From assembly GCF_006345805.1 (NCBI RefSeq), contig NC_042997.1:41974001-42038000 (forward strand): DNA of 64,000 bases, in the 5' to 3' direction. Positions 24,578 through 36,524 of the stretch are shown piece by piece (position 1 is the first letter of the stretch; each line of letters starts with the position of its first letter). The DNA comes from Octopus sinensis. Taxonomy: Eukaryota. Made by a program: the position numbers and the translations under genes. The notes beneath the pieces were generated by a model, which saw nothing but the letters and a program-made list of their open reading frames with translations, was not told the origin of the DNA and did not search any database.

Positions 24578-25790
24578 CAGGCGTAGCTGTGTGGTAAGAA
24601 GTTTGCTTCCCAACCCCACGGTTCCGTGTTCAGTCTTGCTGCGTGGTACCTTCGGCAAGTGTCTTATACTAATAACCACGGGCCGACTAAAGTCTTGTGA
24701 GTGGATCTGGTAGACGGATACTGAAAGAAGCCTGTCATGTAAATAAATATGGCTAATATAGGTAAAATGAGGCATATTTATCTGCATGGCCGAAACAGCT
24801 GTAAGATATAGTGTATATTTATATTTATATCTATTTATATTTATTTATTTATACCCTCTTATAATGATTGTACTTTTTGTATTGTATTACTCATTCATGT
24901 ACGCTGTTTTGTTATATATTTTTATGTTTAACCCTAATGTTCTTATGTAGTGGTTTAATAAAGTATATGATTGGGTATTATCTGGTAGTTGATAAATGAT
25001 TTAGATGTATTTCTCCATTTTCTTATTTTGTATATATATATGTATGTATAATATGTGTGTGTGTGTCTTTGTGACTGTGTTTGTCCCCCTCCACACCGCT
25101 TGACAACTGGTACTAGTCTGTTTACGTCCCCGTAACAAAGATAGTATACCGTAAATCTTCGAGTATAGTCCGCCCTTGAGTATAATACACAGGGGATTTT
25201 TAGGGGGCTATACTTCTGAAAAATCTAAACCTTGTGCATAATACGCACCCCTTCTCTAACTTGAGTCGTGCGTAATTAAGCCAGCAGCACCTAGTCGAAC
25301 AAACACTTCCGCGCATGCGTAATATAATAATGATGATGTTCTTAACTGTTATATGGGAATGTAAATATGTTTGCAAATTGTTTTTGTTACATGTTGTTCT
25401 GTGTTCTGAATACTTTTATTTTAATAAATGTTGCTTACTGCAAGTTATGGATGATTCTTTTATGACTTCATTGCTTTCAGGCTTAGCTTAAGATATTTTC
25501 GCGCCCAACACCACAAAATGCATCTGAATAAAAATTGCCGGACAGCAAATAGAGACTCGGACATTGCTTAGAAAATATTTTTCATTTTTAAACTCGTATA
25601 TAGTACGCACTAGGGATTTTGACCTTTAAATTTTGGGAAAAAATGTGGATTATACTCGAGGATTTACAGTAAGTATCATGCTTACAAAAATATAAGTACT
25701 GGGGTTGATACATTCGACTAAAAATTCTTCAAGGTGGTTCCCCAGCATGGCCGCAGTCCAGTGACTGAAACAAGTAAAAGATAAAATACG
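24578..25790 (+). mobile_element. Old family-A SINE disrupted by two nested insertions
   Basis: The 5' half lies at 24578-24737, the middle at 25050-25140 and the 3' part at 25672-25790. A PLE-like piece (about 24740-25040) and a Tc1/pogo MITE lie inside it. Confidence 0.7.
25149..25669. mobile_element. Tc1/mariner (pogo/Tigger-like) MITE
   Basis: TA|CCGTAAATCTTCGAGTATAGTCC ... GGATTATACTCGAGGATTTACAG|TA, giving imperfect TIRs of about 23 bp and a TA TSD. Confidence 0.85.
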
Positions 25791-26081
25791 AAACTATCTG
25801 CGGGTGCAGATACACCGATGCACAGACATTCTCATACATAATGATATACAAGAAAATATTGTGTGCATCGGCACCGCAAATGAAAGAAATCAGGCACAAA
25901 AGTGGAAAACGTCCAATTACATAACAGACAGATACGAGAAAGAAAAGAAAAATCCATACAGCTCCTCATCAGCTGTCTCTCTAAGGATTATGGCAGTTGT
26001 GACGTCCGAAATGGAACCGCATTACTTAGAGAGTGCAACACCTTTTGGGTATCTTTGTAGTGGGAGTTGATATAGTGGAGA

Positions 26082-26128
<47 letters not shown>

Positions 26129-26469
26129 TAACAAAAAAAGCAAGACATAAATATTTAAGCAAGTCTTTAGTGACTGGGCCAGAGAAAAAAACAAGGATAT
26201 AAAAATGATGTACGATTAAGACTCAGCGACATAGGACAGAAACAAAAGCAACACTGATATTTAAAATTATAATTAAAACAGAATAAAACAAGACAAAAGG
26301 GCAACACACACGATGTTAACAAGGTCATGTTTTATTCTTCTATAAACTTTAAAGAGACAATTAATGAGGGGAAACTCGTCCGTTTATTCTGTCCGTTGCT
26401 TCCATCGTTTGCGCTTACTGTCTTACATACATCTATGTATATATTACATTAACATACACATATGTTTAA

Positions 26470-27005
26470 ATTCTTTATTGCCTACCAGAGGCCAACAGAG
26501 AGAGGGACAATAAAAATAAACTGTGGGGTCACGGATGATTATTACATTAAAATGGCGAAATAATAAAAATTTATGGCATAAGTCGAATGAAACACAACAT
26601 AATGGGACAACACAATGGAGTGGGAGCCGGGTTCAGCTTCGACCCCGCAAGCCCCTGTCCGCCACTGAAGCCTTGCCGTACTTTTATGGCTTACAATCAA
26701 AAGGAATCACTCATTCTCAGTTCTCGCACCACATCCTTCCATCTTTTTTCATATAAATCACACGACAGACACCTCCAGTCTTATTTTCCTTTCAAGATGA
26801 ACAATAAAAGAGCTCACCAGAGAAAGACCGGAGATGAAGGTGCCTGGCGCTACTCCTTTCATTCGCGTCTTCCAAGCCACCTCTTTTGCTGTAGCAACCA
26901 CAGTGAGAAAACAAACCTTTCCTTCTGGATCAAAGGAGGAAGGTGGAACAATCTTAAGAATTGACTCGGGGGACAGTTGTTATCCTCCTAGACATGACAG
27001 CAGCA
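26470..27005 (-). mobile_element. Tx1/L1-clade LINE 3' fragment (second subfamily)
   Basis: Minus translation LSPESILKIVPPSSFDPEGKVCFLTVVATAKEVAWKTRMK..HLERKIRLE is homologous to the 6833-7705 element. It ends ..ggtaggcaataaagaa. Confidence 0.75.
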
Positions 27006-27019
27006 TACACATATGTGTT

Positions 27020-27280
27020 TTATTTCTTTATTATCCACAAGGGGCTAACGAAGAGGGGGACAACACATCATGATTTGGGGTCATGAGACACGGATGAAAT
27101 TTACATATAAATGATCTTTAAAAATATTTACATGAAATCGAAGACAAAATCGAGGAAATTCGAATGATACACAAATTTTTACAGCACAACATAAAAACGA
27201 CACATGAAGTGGGAACACCAGGATTGCCGACCCCACGAGCCCTGTTTTTCCCACCGAAACTCGGCAGCCAACTTACAGCG
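27020..27280 (-). mobile_element. Tx1-type 3' UTR fragment
   Basis: 27205-27275 aligns with 26610-26680, the UTR of the adjacent Tx1 fragment. It ends tgtccccctcttcgttagccccttgtggataataaagaaataaa. Confidence 0.6.
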
Positions 27281-27814
27281 TGTTCATGTGGCCCCTTAAT
27301 ACACATATATGTTTGTGCGTGTAAGACCAGTTGCCACCTAAAGTATGGCTAAAGAAATACGAAAAATCGTAATCCGTGAGGAAACAGGAAGGTCAGGTGT
27401 AGCTGATTATTTTTAGAGGGGAATAATCAACCCCTAACAGTGAAAAATACGAGGCTAAAAGAATCAGCGTATTCTGAGATTCGATATCTTCCTCAGTCGG
27501 TCGATCATAGAGAAAACACCAAATGAGAGAAAGACTTTAAACCTATGACCGTATAAATTAGGTTTAAAGCTTCGACTTTTCATAACTTAATTGTTATATG
27601 AGACAATGTGATAACCTTGATCAAGTGTTAAGAGCTGCAATTTAGCAACGTTGGTGTAATAAAGGATCCAATCTGAAATTCTGAGAATATTACCATATAC
27701 GACAGGCACCTGAAGTGGGCCAGAAATACAACGGTCGAAACGTGGTAGCCAAAAACAGTGAAGACGAAGACACTAACCCGAATATGTTAGTGCACCAGAT
27801 TTTACACATGTACA

Positions 27815-27852
<38 letters not shown>

Positions 27853-27853
<1 letters not shown>

Positions 27854-28520
27854 GGAGCTGGAGGATGTGGAGTCCTTCGTCTACCTGGGTTCAACGGTGG
27901 TTCCAACGGGCCAGGTCGAGCGTCACATAGGTGCTGCCAGATCCGCATCCATGCGCTTCCAGCGGTGCCTATGGAACAGAAGGGCGAATCTACCAGGCCG
28001 TCGTTCGTACTATCCTCCTCTATGGTTGTGAAACATGGCCTATGAAGGTAGTCGATCAGCGAAAGCTGGAGGTGTTCGACAATGACTGTCTCCGCCGCAT
28101 TCTTCGCTGCCGACGCATTGGTCGGGTTCCTACAGCCGGTTTTCGTCATCACCTGAATATCCGGACGCTCCCTTCGGTGCTTCTACAACGGCGCTTAAGG
28201 TGGTTCAGTCATGCGGCCCGGCGTCCAGAGGGTGAGCTGATTCGCGATCTCCTCCTCCCACCTCCACTTCCCATCTGGCGCAAACGCACGGGCGGGCAGC
28301 TGAAGACCTGGGCAACGACGATAAAGGAGGACCCCTCTGAACTCTCAGGTCCGCAGGTGGTCGGTCTGCGCAGATGGAACCGCGAATGGCTCGCTATCTC
28401 CAGTGACTTCGCACAGGACCGTCGAGCGTGGGCCGCCATGGTTCGTGATGCCGTTAGGACCAGAGAAGAAGCCGGCTCAACCCGCCCTGGGTGAATGCCG
28501 TCACAAGTACAAGTAAGTAG
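27853..28520 (+). mobile_element. 5'-truncated RTE-clade LINE (RT C-terminus), GC-rich
   Basis: ELEDVESFVYLGS, then after a frameshift GRIYQAVVRTILLYGCETW..QRRLRWFSHAARR..AQDRRAWAAMVRDA..GSTRPG*. Tail acaagtacaagtaagta. The 5' end abuts (TA)n. Confidence 0.9.
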
Positions 28521-29928
28521 TACATGGACAAAATGTCTGGCGGCATTTCTTCCGAATTTACGTCCTTAGTTCAAATTCCACTGAGGTCGATAGGTACTAG
28601 TCAAGTACTGGAGTCGATGTAACCTACTAGACCCCAAAATTTCAGGCCTTGTGCCTTTCGTAGAAATTATTATTACTATTATTATTATTATCTCATAATG
28701 AGCATTTAATGTTATCGAGCGGTTTCATGGAAATACCTTTCCACAATAGGATCTAAGAATTGCAACTTATGCATTGCAGAAAGACCGCACATTCTTTGTA
28801 GATACAAGAATTCTACTACATCGCTTAATTCCAGATCTGAAATTTTTAACAGGTGCAAACTCATGGATAAGTTTCTTTTGTAAAACTAGAAGAAACCACC
28901 CGCTGCGGATTCAGTAGCTGTATTGCAACTTTTGCCTCCTTTTTCTTATATTATTCTGCACCAGCGATGGTTTTTACAATCAAAGAGGAGGAAGATCTTG
29001 GTTTTCTTTCTATTCTTTCTTCTCGTTTTACTTCTTGATCAACCTTCTTCGCGTTTATTTTCTTGTATTTTTTCTCACGGTCCAGCGTCCTGTGTTATTT
29101 GAGGGATATGAGTTGCGTCCAAATATATACGTTTTATTTATTATTTTGCACATTACTTAATCATTGTTATATGTTTTATCTTATATTTAAGCTTTCTATA
29201 ATATGTAATTTTGTAGATGGTATAATTTAATTTTTCATTATCGAATTGATGAAAGGTGGTTTTTGCTTATATATATATATATATATATTGTGAAATTTGA
29301 TTTAGTATTTCTAAATTGAATTTTTCCCTGTAAGTTTGGAAGAATATTCCCTCATATATATATATATATATATATAATTTTAAAAAAACAGTAAAAGACA
29401 AGAAAAAATGTACGAGGACGTAGCACATGCAAAGTATTAATAAGACGCTCAGAGAAAGAAAAGAGTGATATATATTTATATATATAGCCGTGCCGCGAGA
29501 TAAAACGTAGTACAAGGATACTTCACTTCTTATATACAATATAAGGTGTGTATGAGATTGTCTTTTCTAAAATCCTTTCTACTGTAGACACAAGGCCTGA
29601 AATTTTGGGGGTAGGGGATTAGTGTATCGACACCAGTGTTTCACTGGTACTTAATTTATCAGCTCCGAAAGGATGAAAGGCTAAGTCGATCTCGGCGGAA
29701 CTCGAACTCAGAACGTAGCGACGGGCGAAATATCGTTAAGTATTTCGTCCAGCGTGCTAACGATTCTGCCAGCTCGCCGCCTTCCTTCCTTCCTTTCGAA
29801 AATAAACTATATTTACATACGATGTCTTCCTGTCTAAAAATATCGGTGAAACTTTTGTAGGTATTTTTGTAGGTTCTCCATAATCGTGGGAATGACCTCA
29901 GTAAAAATAGCTTTGACCTGTTCTACAG

Positions 29929-30025
29929 GATGACATCTTGGGAAATATATTTTCTACTTTGCTTAATACTAGCGCTGTCTTTAATTGCTGTATACCAATT
30001 GCATGTACCAATAAATGGCGCCTGT
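29929..30025 (+). CDS. Candidate first coding exon encoding a signal-peptide-like N-terminus
   Basis: Acceptor ttgacctgttctacAG|g ATG (29930), peptide MTSWEIYFLLCLILALSLIAVYQLHVPINGAC, donor TGT|GTAAGC (30026). No homology recognised, and AT-rich DNA often yields hydrophobic peptides by chance. Confidence 0.25.
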
Positions 30026-30816
30026 GTAAGCATGCTAACAGTCCTTACCCAGACGAATACTATAAATATTATGAAATAAACAAAAAGTCAATGATTTCCA
30101 ATTCAGTATAAAAACGCAAATTTGAGGCATGAAATTTACTACATAATTCAGTAAACAGTTTCTGCTTTGTTATTAGACAGGCGTTATATCTGCTACCTTT
30201 CAAGTATAATGTTTATACTAATGCATGACGATATTAATCCCACGTGCCGTCAGTTCAGTCTAGAATGAAATAAACAGCGCAAAAAAATAAAGCAAGGTTG
30301 TATGCGTACGCCCAGTGTCAAAACAGAATGAAGTCTGCGTGAGTATGTGCGCGCACGTATGTGTCACAATTTTTGCGTTTGCCGTTAAGGATTAAACTGA
30401 TTTTAGGATCTTTTAGTCCAGACAAATGTGTAAAATAGATATATATGTACATACAACCGTCTGTTTCCAATTATTATCTTACTTGGAAACAGGTGAGGGT
30501 TTGCGGCAGGAAAGGCATCTGGCCGTAGAAAATCTGCAAATTCCATCCGACCTGTGCGAGCATAGAGAAATGGACGTCATAACGATGATATGATGTGATG
30601 GTGCGTGTGTGCATGTGTAAATACAACAGCAAAGAAATAAAAATATACACCTGTCTATCATGCACAAAGACAGCGAGTTGGAATCGTTAGTAGGTCGGGC
30701 GAAAGAGTCACGTTTTTTGTGGGACCAAGTTATTCAATTGGATTTGTTTAATGGTTGAATGTTATCGTTGAATTTTTGAATTATTTGTTACTGTTTTTTT
30801 TTTTTGTATATAATGT

Positions 30817-31430
30817 TTGTTTTCCTCCCCATTTATGGGTGAATTAGGAGAAAGTATGGAGAAAGAACCGGTTCCAGCCGGCAGCTATGCAACAGCCACT
30901 GGAAGGAGTTTAACTGCGGATGTGTTGCAAGTGCAAGAAATTAAAATGGACCAGAAGAGGTTGAAAGAATTCAACAAACTTTTGGAAAAGGATGGTACCA
31001 GCCTAAAATTAACACCACCAGAAGAATTTATAGCAAAATATAATGAAGCGGACAGTGGTATACAGAACCCTGTCCCTGAAGACAAAGAAAATTGAAATAA
31101 CCACACTGGAGGCATAGAAGAATGCCTAAAAGAGGTGAAGAGCCTCGCAATATTTTATACAAGAGGGAAGAAGTATGGCACAGTGGAGGTGAGATTCGCC
31201 AATGAGCAAGGGGCGATGAACCACTCCACTGTGACGCTGAGAACACCAGAGTGGGCACTTCTGCCGACCTAATGTGGTAAACATGTGGCCAGAGCAAGGA
31301 TTGGCAGAGTGCCCCCTGAGATCGAAGAAGAGTGGTTGGTGGTAGCCATCCTTTTCAACATGGAAGAGGAAGTAAAAATAATAAAAGTGACGAAAACGAG
31401 GGAGGTGAACGGAGAAACAAAAGAACTGAA
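30817..31430 (+). mobile_element. Probable ORF1 (gag-like) remnant of a Tx1/L1-type LINE
   Basis: One frame is broken by two stops: MEKEPVPAGSYATATGRS..YTRGRKYGTVEVRF..ARIGRVPPEIEEEWLV. A SYAxA N-terminus and a VxxVPPExxxEW RRM-like motif are typical of Tx1 ORF1. Confidence 0.5.
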
Positions 31431-32384
31431 TTACAAACGTTAATCAAAAACATTTATATGACACTGCCTGCGAGTGGGGAGTAGCTAAGACATTTCATTT
31501 TCATTATTATGATTCATTTATCATTAATTCGGTCTATGTTTTATATCCCCACTGGGCTGTTTTGTCTCTCCGTGTATCGTCCCCTCGATGTCGAGCCTGA
31601 GTGCTCAAATAAAAAAATCAACACGCAGGGGGAAATGCTTAGCGCTATTTCGTCCGTCCTAACGTTCTGAGTTCAAATTCTGCCGAGGTCGATATTACCT
31701 TTCATCATTTCGGAGGCGATAAAATAAGTACCAGTTGAACACTGAGTCGATGTCATTGATTTAACTTCTCCTGGGTATGAGTATAAAAAAAAACTGCATT
31801 CTTTGCCAAACTATGTCAAGCCAGTTTGGCAGAGTAGGGTCATCAAACGAATATGGTCTAAAATTCAAATTCACTGCTTCCACATCAGATCGAGGTTGGT
31901 GAAGAAAACCTGCTGAGACCCTCGTCCTGCTGTGACTGAACATGGGCAACCTAATCCAACATTGCCTATATTTGTTCACATACGTACGTACGATACAATT
32001 CCTTTACACACATATTTCTAAGTATTTTGTTCTCAGAGTATTATTACTCACATGCACAAGTGACCTGGTGCATAAGGGTTCGAATTCAGTTTACGGCCAT
32101 ATACGTATTCAGGAATAGGTCTCTTCATGACGACTGGAGATCAAACCGAATATAATTAAGATAACTTTACACGCTAAAGATGTGGGGTTTTAATAATCCG
32201 GAAAATTATAATCTTGCCTCGCACATGTTTCTTATTTAGATTAAACACGCAGAATACATGTTAAGTGATATTGGAGTTTGAAATTCCAGCATGAAGTTTT
32301 CAATTTACCTTAAATATTCAGACTTAAGTGTGCCATTTCTTATAGATACAACTATGAATTCCTATTGAGGATCAAATTGTTTAT

Positions 32385-32730
32385 TCCAAAGTGAATCCTA
32401 ATCGAACAGTCCTACGACCAAAGGTATTTCAGTCGCCTATTTTGTTAAACTTCTCTTTTTTAAGAGTCAGAGGTGTAGGCTGAGATAAATTTGGCTAGTA
32501 TTTCTAACAAACTGAGCAACTACTTAGAGGTTCCTTCAGTGTCTCGAGGACAAAAAAACAAACAAAAATCGTGTAAGTTTTGGTGTTGCTGCTTAGCCCT
32601 AAACGAACTCTGGTCCACCAGAATGATGACCAAATATGAAACCATTACGTACTTGGTTCTGCAGACATAATATCCAGACGGTAGGGTGTTATTCGAAGGA
32701 TATGAGTTGCTATTTCTGGTGACCATATAA
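32385..32730 (+). repeat. Unclassified dispersed repeat family G
   Basis: Shares modules (gactttcagtc/ggtcatg..gaatgcctt, agggtgtgatttgagggagatttggctgctatttc) with fragments at about 2070-2110, 2490-2550, 11530-11690, 19150-19420, 22190-22300, 29085-29116, 38810-38985, 41660-41740, 51050-51200 and 57385-57460. Confidence 0.55.
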
Positions 32731-32827
32731 AGGGTTTTTCGATGGCTCAGGGTTAAATGTTCTTTTTTCTCATATGTTTTGTGTACGTGTCCGACTCCCA
32801 CAAATAACGGCAATATTTTAAGATCCA

Positions 32828-33175
32828 AAGGCGGCGAGCTGGCAGAAACGTTAGCGCGCCGGGCGAAGTGCTTAGCGGTATTTCGTCTGTCGTTACGTTC
32901 TGAGTTCAAATTCCGCCGAGGTCGGCTTTGCCTTTCATCCTTTCAGGGTCGATAAATAAAGTACCAGTTTCGCACTGGGGTCGATGTAATCGACTTAATC
33001 CCTTTGTCTGTCCTTGTTTGTCCCCTCTGTAGTTAGCCCGTTGTGGGTAGTAAAGAAATAGGTATTTCGTCTATCTTTACGTTCCGAGTTCAAATTCCGC
33101 CGAGGTCGACTTTGCCTTTCATCCTTTTGGGATCGATAAATTAAGTACCAGTTGCGTACTGGAGTAGAAAAGAAT
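32828..33175 (+). mobile_element. SINE family D dimer (Twin-like)
   Basis: Head, central domain and tail type 1 (tgtcccctctgt..gtgggtagtaaagaaata) are followed by a second copy of the B-box and central unit. The central gcctttcatcctt..ggtcgataaa..gtaccag resembles the Meta-type SINE domain. Confidence 0.9.
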
Positions 33176-34162
33176 AGTTTAAGATCCAAATATGTTTGTT
33201 TTTGACCCTTCTTGTTTATTTCTATCGTTATTTTTAATCTGATAATGACTTTAGAAATTGGATCGAACCCCTTTTGATTCTCCCACTTTCATTATTTTCC
33301 ATGATCATTAAGAAGGTAAGAATACTGGAATGGTATTCTCTCAGAAACGATAGAGTGCCGAGCAAAGAACGTAGCAGTTTATAGTTAGATCTGAACTCAA
33401 ATCTCACAGGTATTCGTTTTCATCGCTACAGGGTTAAAATACTTTCTATTATAGACACAAGCGGGGAAAACTGTTAATTCAGCTCCAGTATTTGAATGTA
33501 ATTGGTACTTCATCTTATCCACCCCGGAAAGATAAAAAGCAAAGCTGATATCGACGAGATTTCAACTCATAACCTAAAGAGCTAGAAGGGATACTGCAGG
33601 GGATTTTGTCCGATATTCTAACAGCTTTGTCCAACCACCGCCCTCACGATTGCTGAAACAAGAGCCAGTAACTACATGTGGATTTAATTGGCTAAGCTCC
33701 TCCCTACGAATTTGTGGCCCTGTGCGAATTTAAGAAGCTAATCAATTTCTTGACGTTTGTCACGTTTCTCTTCCGTGATATTTTGACGTTTGGAATACAA
33801 ATTGTTAATTTTAATGAAAGAAAAATAGATTTGTCAAAATACCATGACAAAGATAAACAGAACCAGCGTAAACATATTTTGATTAGCGCAAGGATTGTGT
33901 TTGTGTACATTTTTTTATAACCCCACCAGACAGCTGAGAAATAAAGTTTATCGCGATTGGATATCAACAAGGTTGCTAGATAAGCTACATGCGTAGGTTA
34001 CACGATTGTACGTTAGTAACTACGGTACTATTTTTGTCTCTGTATTTGGGCTTCTTACTACTTAAAAATTCTAATTTTTGAAAACAAGAACCTTATTGAA
34101 TTAAATTATCCAGATGCAGGTAAATTTGAACCGATCAAAAAGTAATCCTCTCTCTCACACAA

Positions 34163-34163
34163 A

Positions 34164-34256
<93 letters not shown>

Positions 34257-34259
34257 GTC

Positions 34260-34291
<32 letters not shown>
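34163..34291. repeat. (TATC)n plus (TG)n microsatellite
   Basis: Seen directly. Comparable tracts lie at 2829-2867, 6625-6690, 23426-23510, 26085-26126, 45885-45976, 53060-53160 and 58385-58505. Confidence 0.95.
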
Positions 34292-34295
<4 letters not shown>

Positions 34296-34849
34296 AACGA
34301 AAGAAAAGAGCACTTACGTTATTTTAGTATATATTTGTAGTTATTGTATATACTCGAGTAATAGTCGATCTCATGTAAAAGTCGACCTATTTTAAGCCAT
34401 AAAGTTGGGAATTTTCCATAAACCCCGTATAAAAGTATTTCACGAACAACAGAACAACATTTGTGGGTCAAGGTACCGTATTAACCTGTAGATAGAAATA
34501 ACACTGTTACAAAATGGTGTAGCTACCTTACTGCAACCTGCTCTATAGGTGAAATGTTTGGTGCTTTTAATGGAATAATCGATGCTTATAGTAAAACACC
34601 ATTTAATAGCAAGCACTACACATCTGTTGGTGGGTGCTACATCACCATTACTAAAATGTGTGCACAGGATATGCTGCAAGTCTGCATACATCTTCAAGCA
34701 TAATAAACACGTCAAACACTCATTGTTTAGATGATGAGAAACGTGTTTCCCAGACAACACTATCGGCGAACAACAACAAACACTCCTGTATGAATTCATA
34801 CAAAGGCATGACTTCGGTAAGCCTAAAAACATTTAGTTAATCGCTAGAT

Positions 34850-34971
34850 CAGTGGTTCCCAAACTTTTTCTTTTTGCCGTCGAATCCTTCGACATTATTT
34901 AAAAAACTTGGAACTCGTGATAACTTTCAGGGAACCCTGGGGTTTTGCAGAACACACTTTGGGAATCCCTG
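34850..34971. mobile_element. hAT (MER5/Charlie-like) MITE
   Basis: CAGTGGTTCCCAAA ... TTTGGGAATCCCTG, flanked by CGCTAGAT / CTCCAGAT (8-bp TSD, 6 of 8 identical). Confidence 0.75.
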
Positions 34972-35659
34972 CTCCAGATCAACAACTCTACACCATATTA
35001 TGGACATTTACTGGTAACTGCACATGACATCCTGCAACTTTTATTTCCATTTCTGTGTGGAACAACATATACACAGAACACGACACAGTTTACCTTATAA
35101 GAATCATGTGGCGAACGCATTCCATGAATTGGCAGCTGATCGTGAGCGTGAATACGACAGTACCGAGGCCAAAATGTATTATCGTTATCAGATATAAATT
35201 GATTTCACTCAGCTAGTCTGTTAAATTTGATGGAGGCAAATAAAAGAGAAAGTGTAAATATTTATAAGAACTATGCGGTCTTGTTATTAGCTTTTATTAT
35301 TTACTAGAACGTGTGTTTCGATGCATAGAATTGATAATATTACTGTAATTCATTGTGCTTTGTTTTTATTCCCTTAGAGATCAGTTGGGATTCTGCTGTT
35401 GGTACGGTACTTCGGATTCTAGCTTGAATTTCAGCCCCTAAAAACTAGTATCCATGCAATAGTCGACCCCATAAATTTGACATTAAAAAATTCGACTAAT
35501 ACACGGGTATATACGATAGTTAATAATTGGACTATGAAAGTGAGTAATGTCCGTATAAGTCAATAACACTCTCACACACACGCGCTCTTTTTCACTAATA
35601 GACACGTGTGTGTGTGTGTGTTTGTTTAATCACGCGCGCGCCCAGTTAGGAAAGAACTA

Positions 35660-36500
35660 TATCCATGACCTTTGTAATTTTTCCGACTGGCGATTTCAAA
35701 CTGACCATCAGGCTAAAACATGAACGGGAGAAGATCTCTAGGACATTGACATTTTGAAAAAGGAAACATTGAGTATAAATAGTAGTGTGGGCCCTGGGGC
35801 AGAAGACACACGACGATTGTTGAGATGAGGAGAAACAAGTAAGTCGATTGCGCTGCGGTTGAGGTGTTATGCTCTACCAGCTCGATCGGAGGAACGGAAG
35901 TCAATGTGAGTAGCCAAGAGAGGGAAGAGAGCGTACGGATAACCTTAGAGGTTGAAATATATTGATGACTGACTCGTTGTCCATTTTGGATACTTTCGAG
36001 GATGTTCCCAAATAAACAAGTAATATTCCATTGTTGATCTATGATAGCAATTATATATTTTCAATAGCATTTTGTGTTAAGCATTACATTCATGTAATAG
36101 TATATTATATTAAGTGTTAACGATTTTCAGTTCTATATTAATGTTGTATAGTGAAACTGTACACCTCTCCCGGTAAAAAGTGGTAGTAGAGAGCCATTAT
36201 AAATAAACCAGTAGACGGTCGACAAGAGAGGTGAATAAGGTCGGAGGTCGAGAGTACGTGTAGACTGTGCAGATAGTCGTGTCAGTGCGGATATAGTAAT
36301 TATACTGTGATACTGAGTGGACGTTATAACGATCCAACCTTTTGAGGATAATAACACTATACGACTGGGGGGGGGGGTCGTAGTGCCAGATAGAACCATT
36401 CTATCGACGACTTCGGAATATAACAATATCTGTCAGAGCGACAACCGTCGTCAAGAGACAGATACAACAGTGGCAAAAGACCGCTTTACAACAATTAATT
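35660..36500 (+). mobile_element. LTR-like remnants (unresolved)
   Basis: TATAAATA and AATAAA signals, with a G-run (36367-36378, PPT-like) followed by a tract ending ..ctttACA. No coding evidence. Confidence 0.3.
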
Positions 36501-36524
36501 ATCGATACATTTCAATACTGTATT

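Noticed and set aside
29086-32722. Two 25-nt near-identical motifs (29092-29116, 32686-32710) translating as CYLRDMSC and HNIQTVGCYSKDMSCYFW*, which look like allatostatin-C/somatostatin-type C-x6-C peptides after splice acceptors
   Set aside because: The DNA aligns with dispersed repeat family G (agggtgtgatttgagggagatttggctgctatttc), which is found many times in the window, so the peptide resemblance is probably coincidental.
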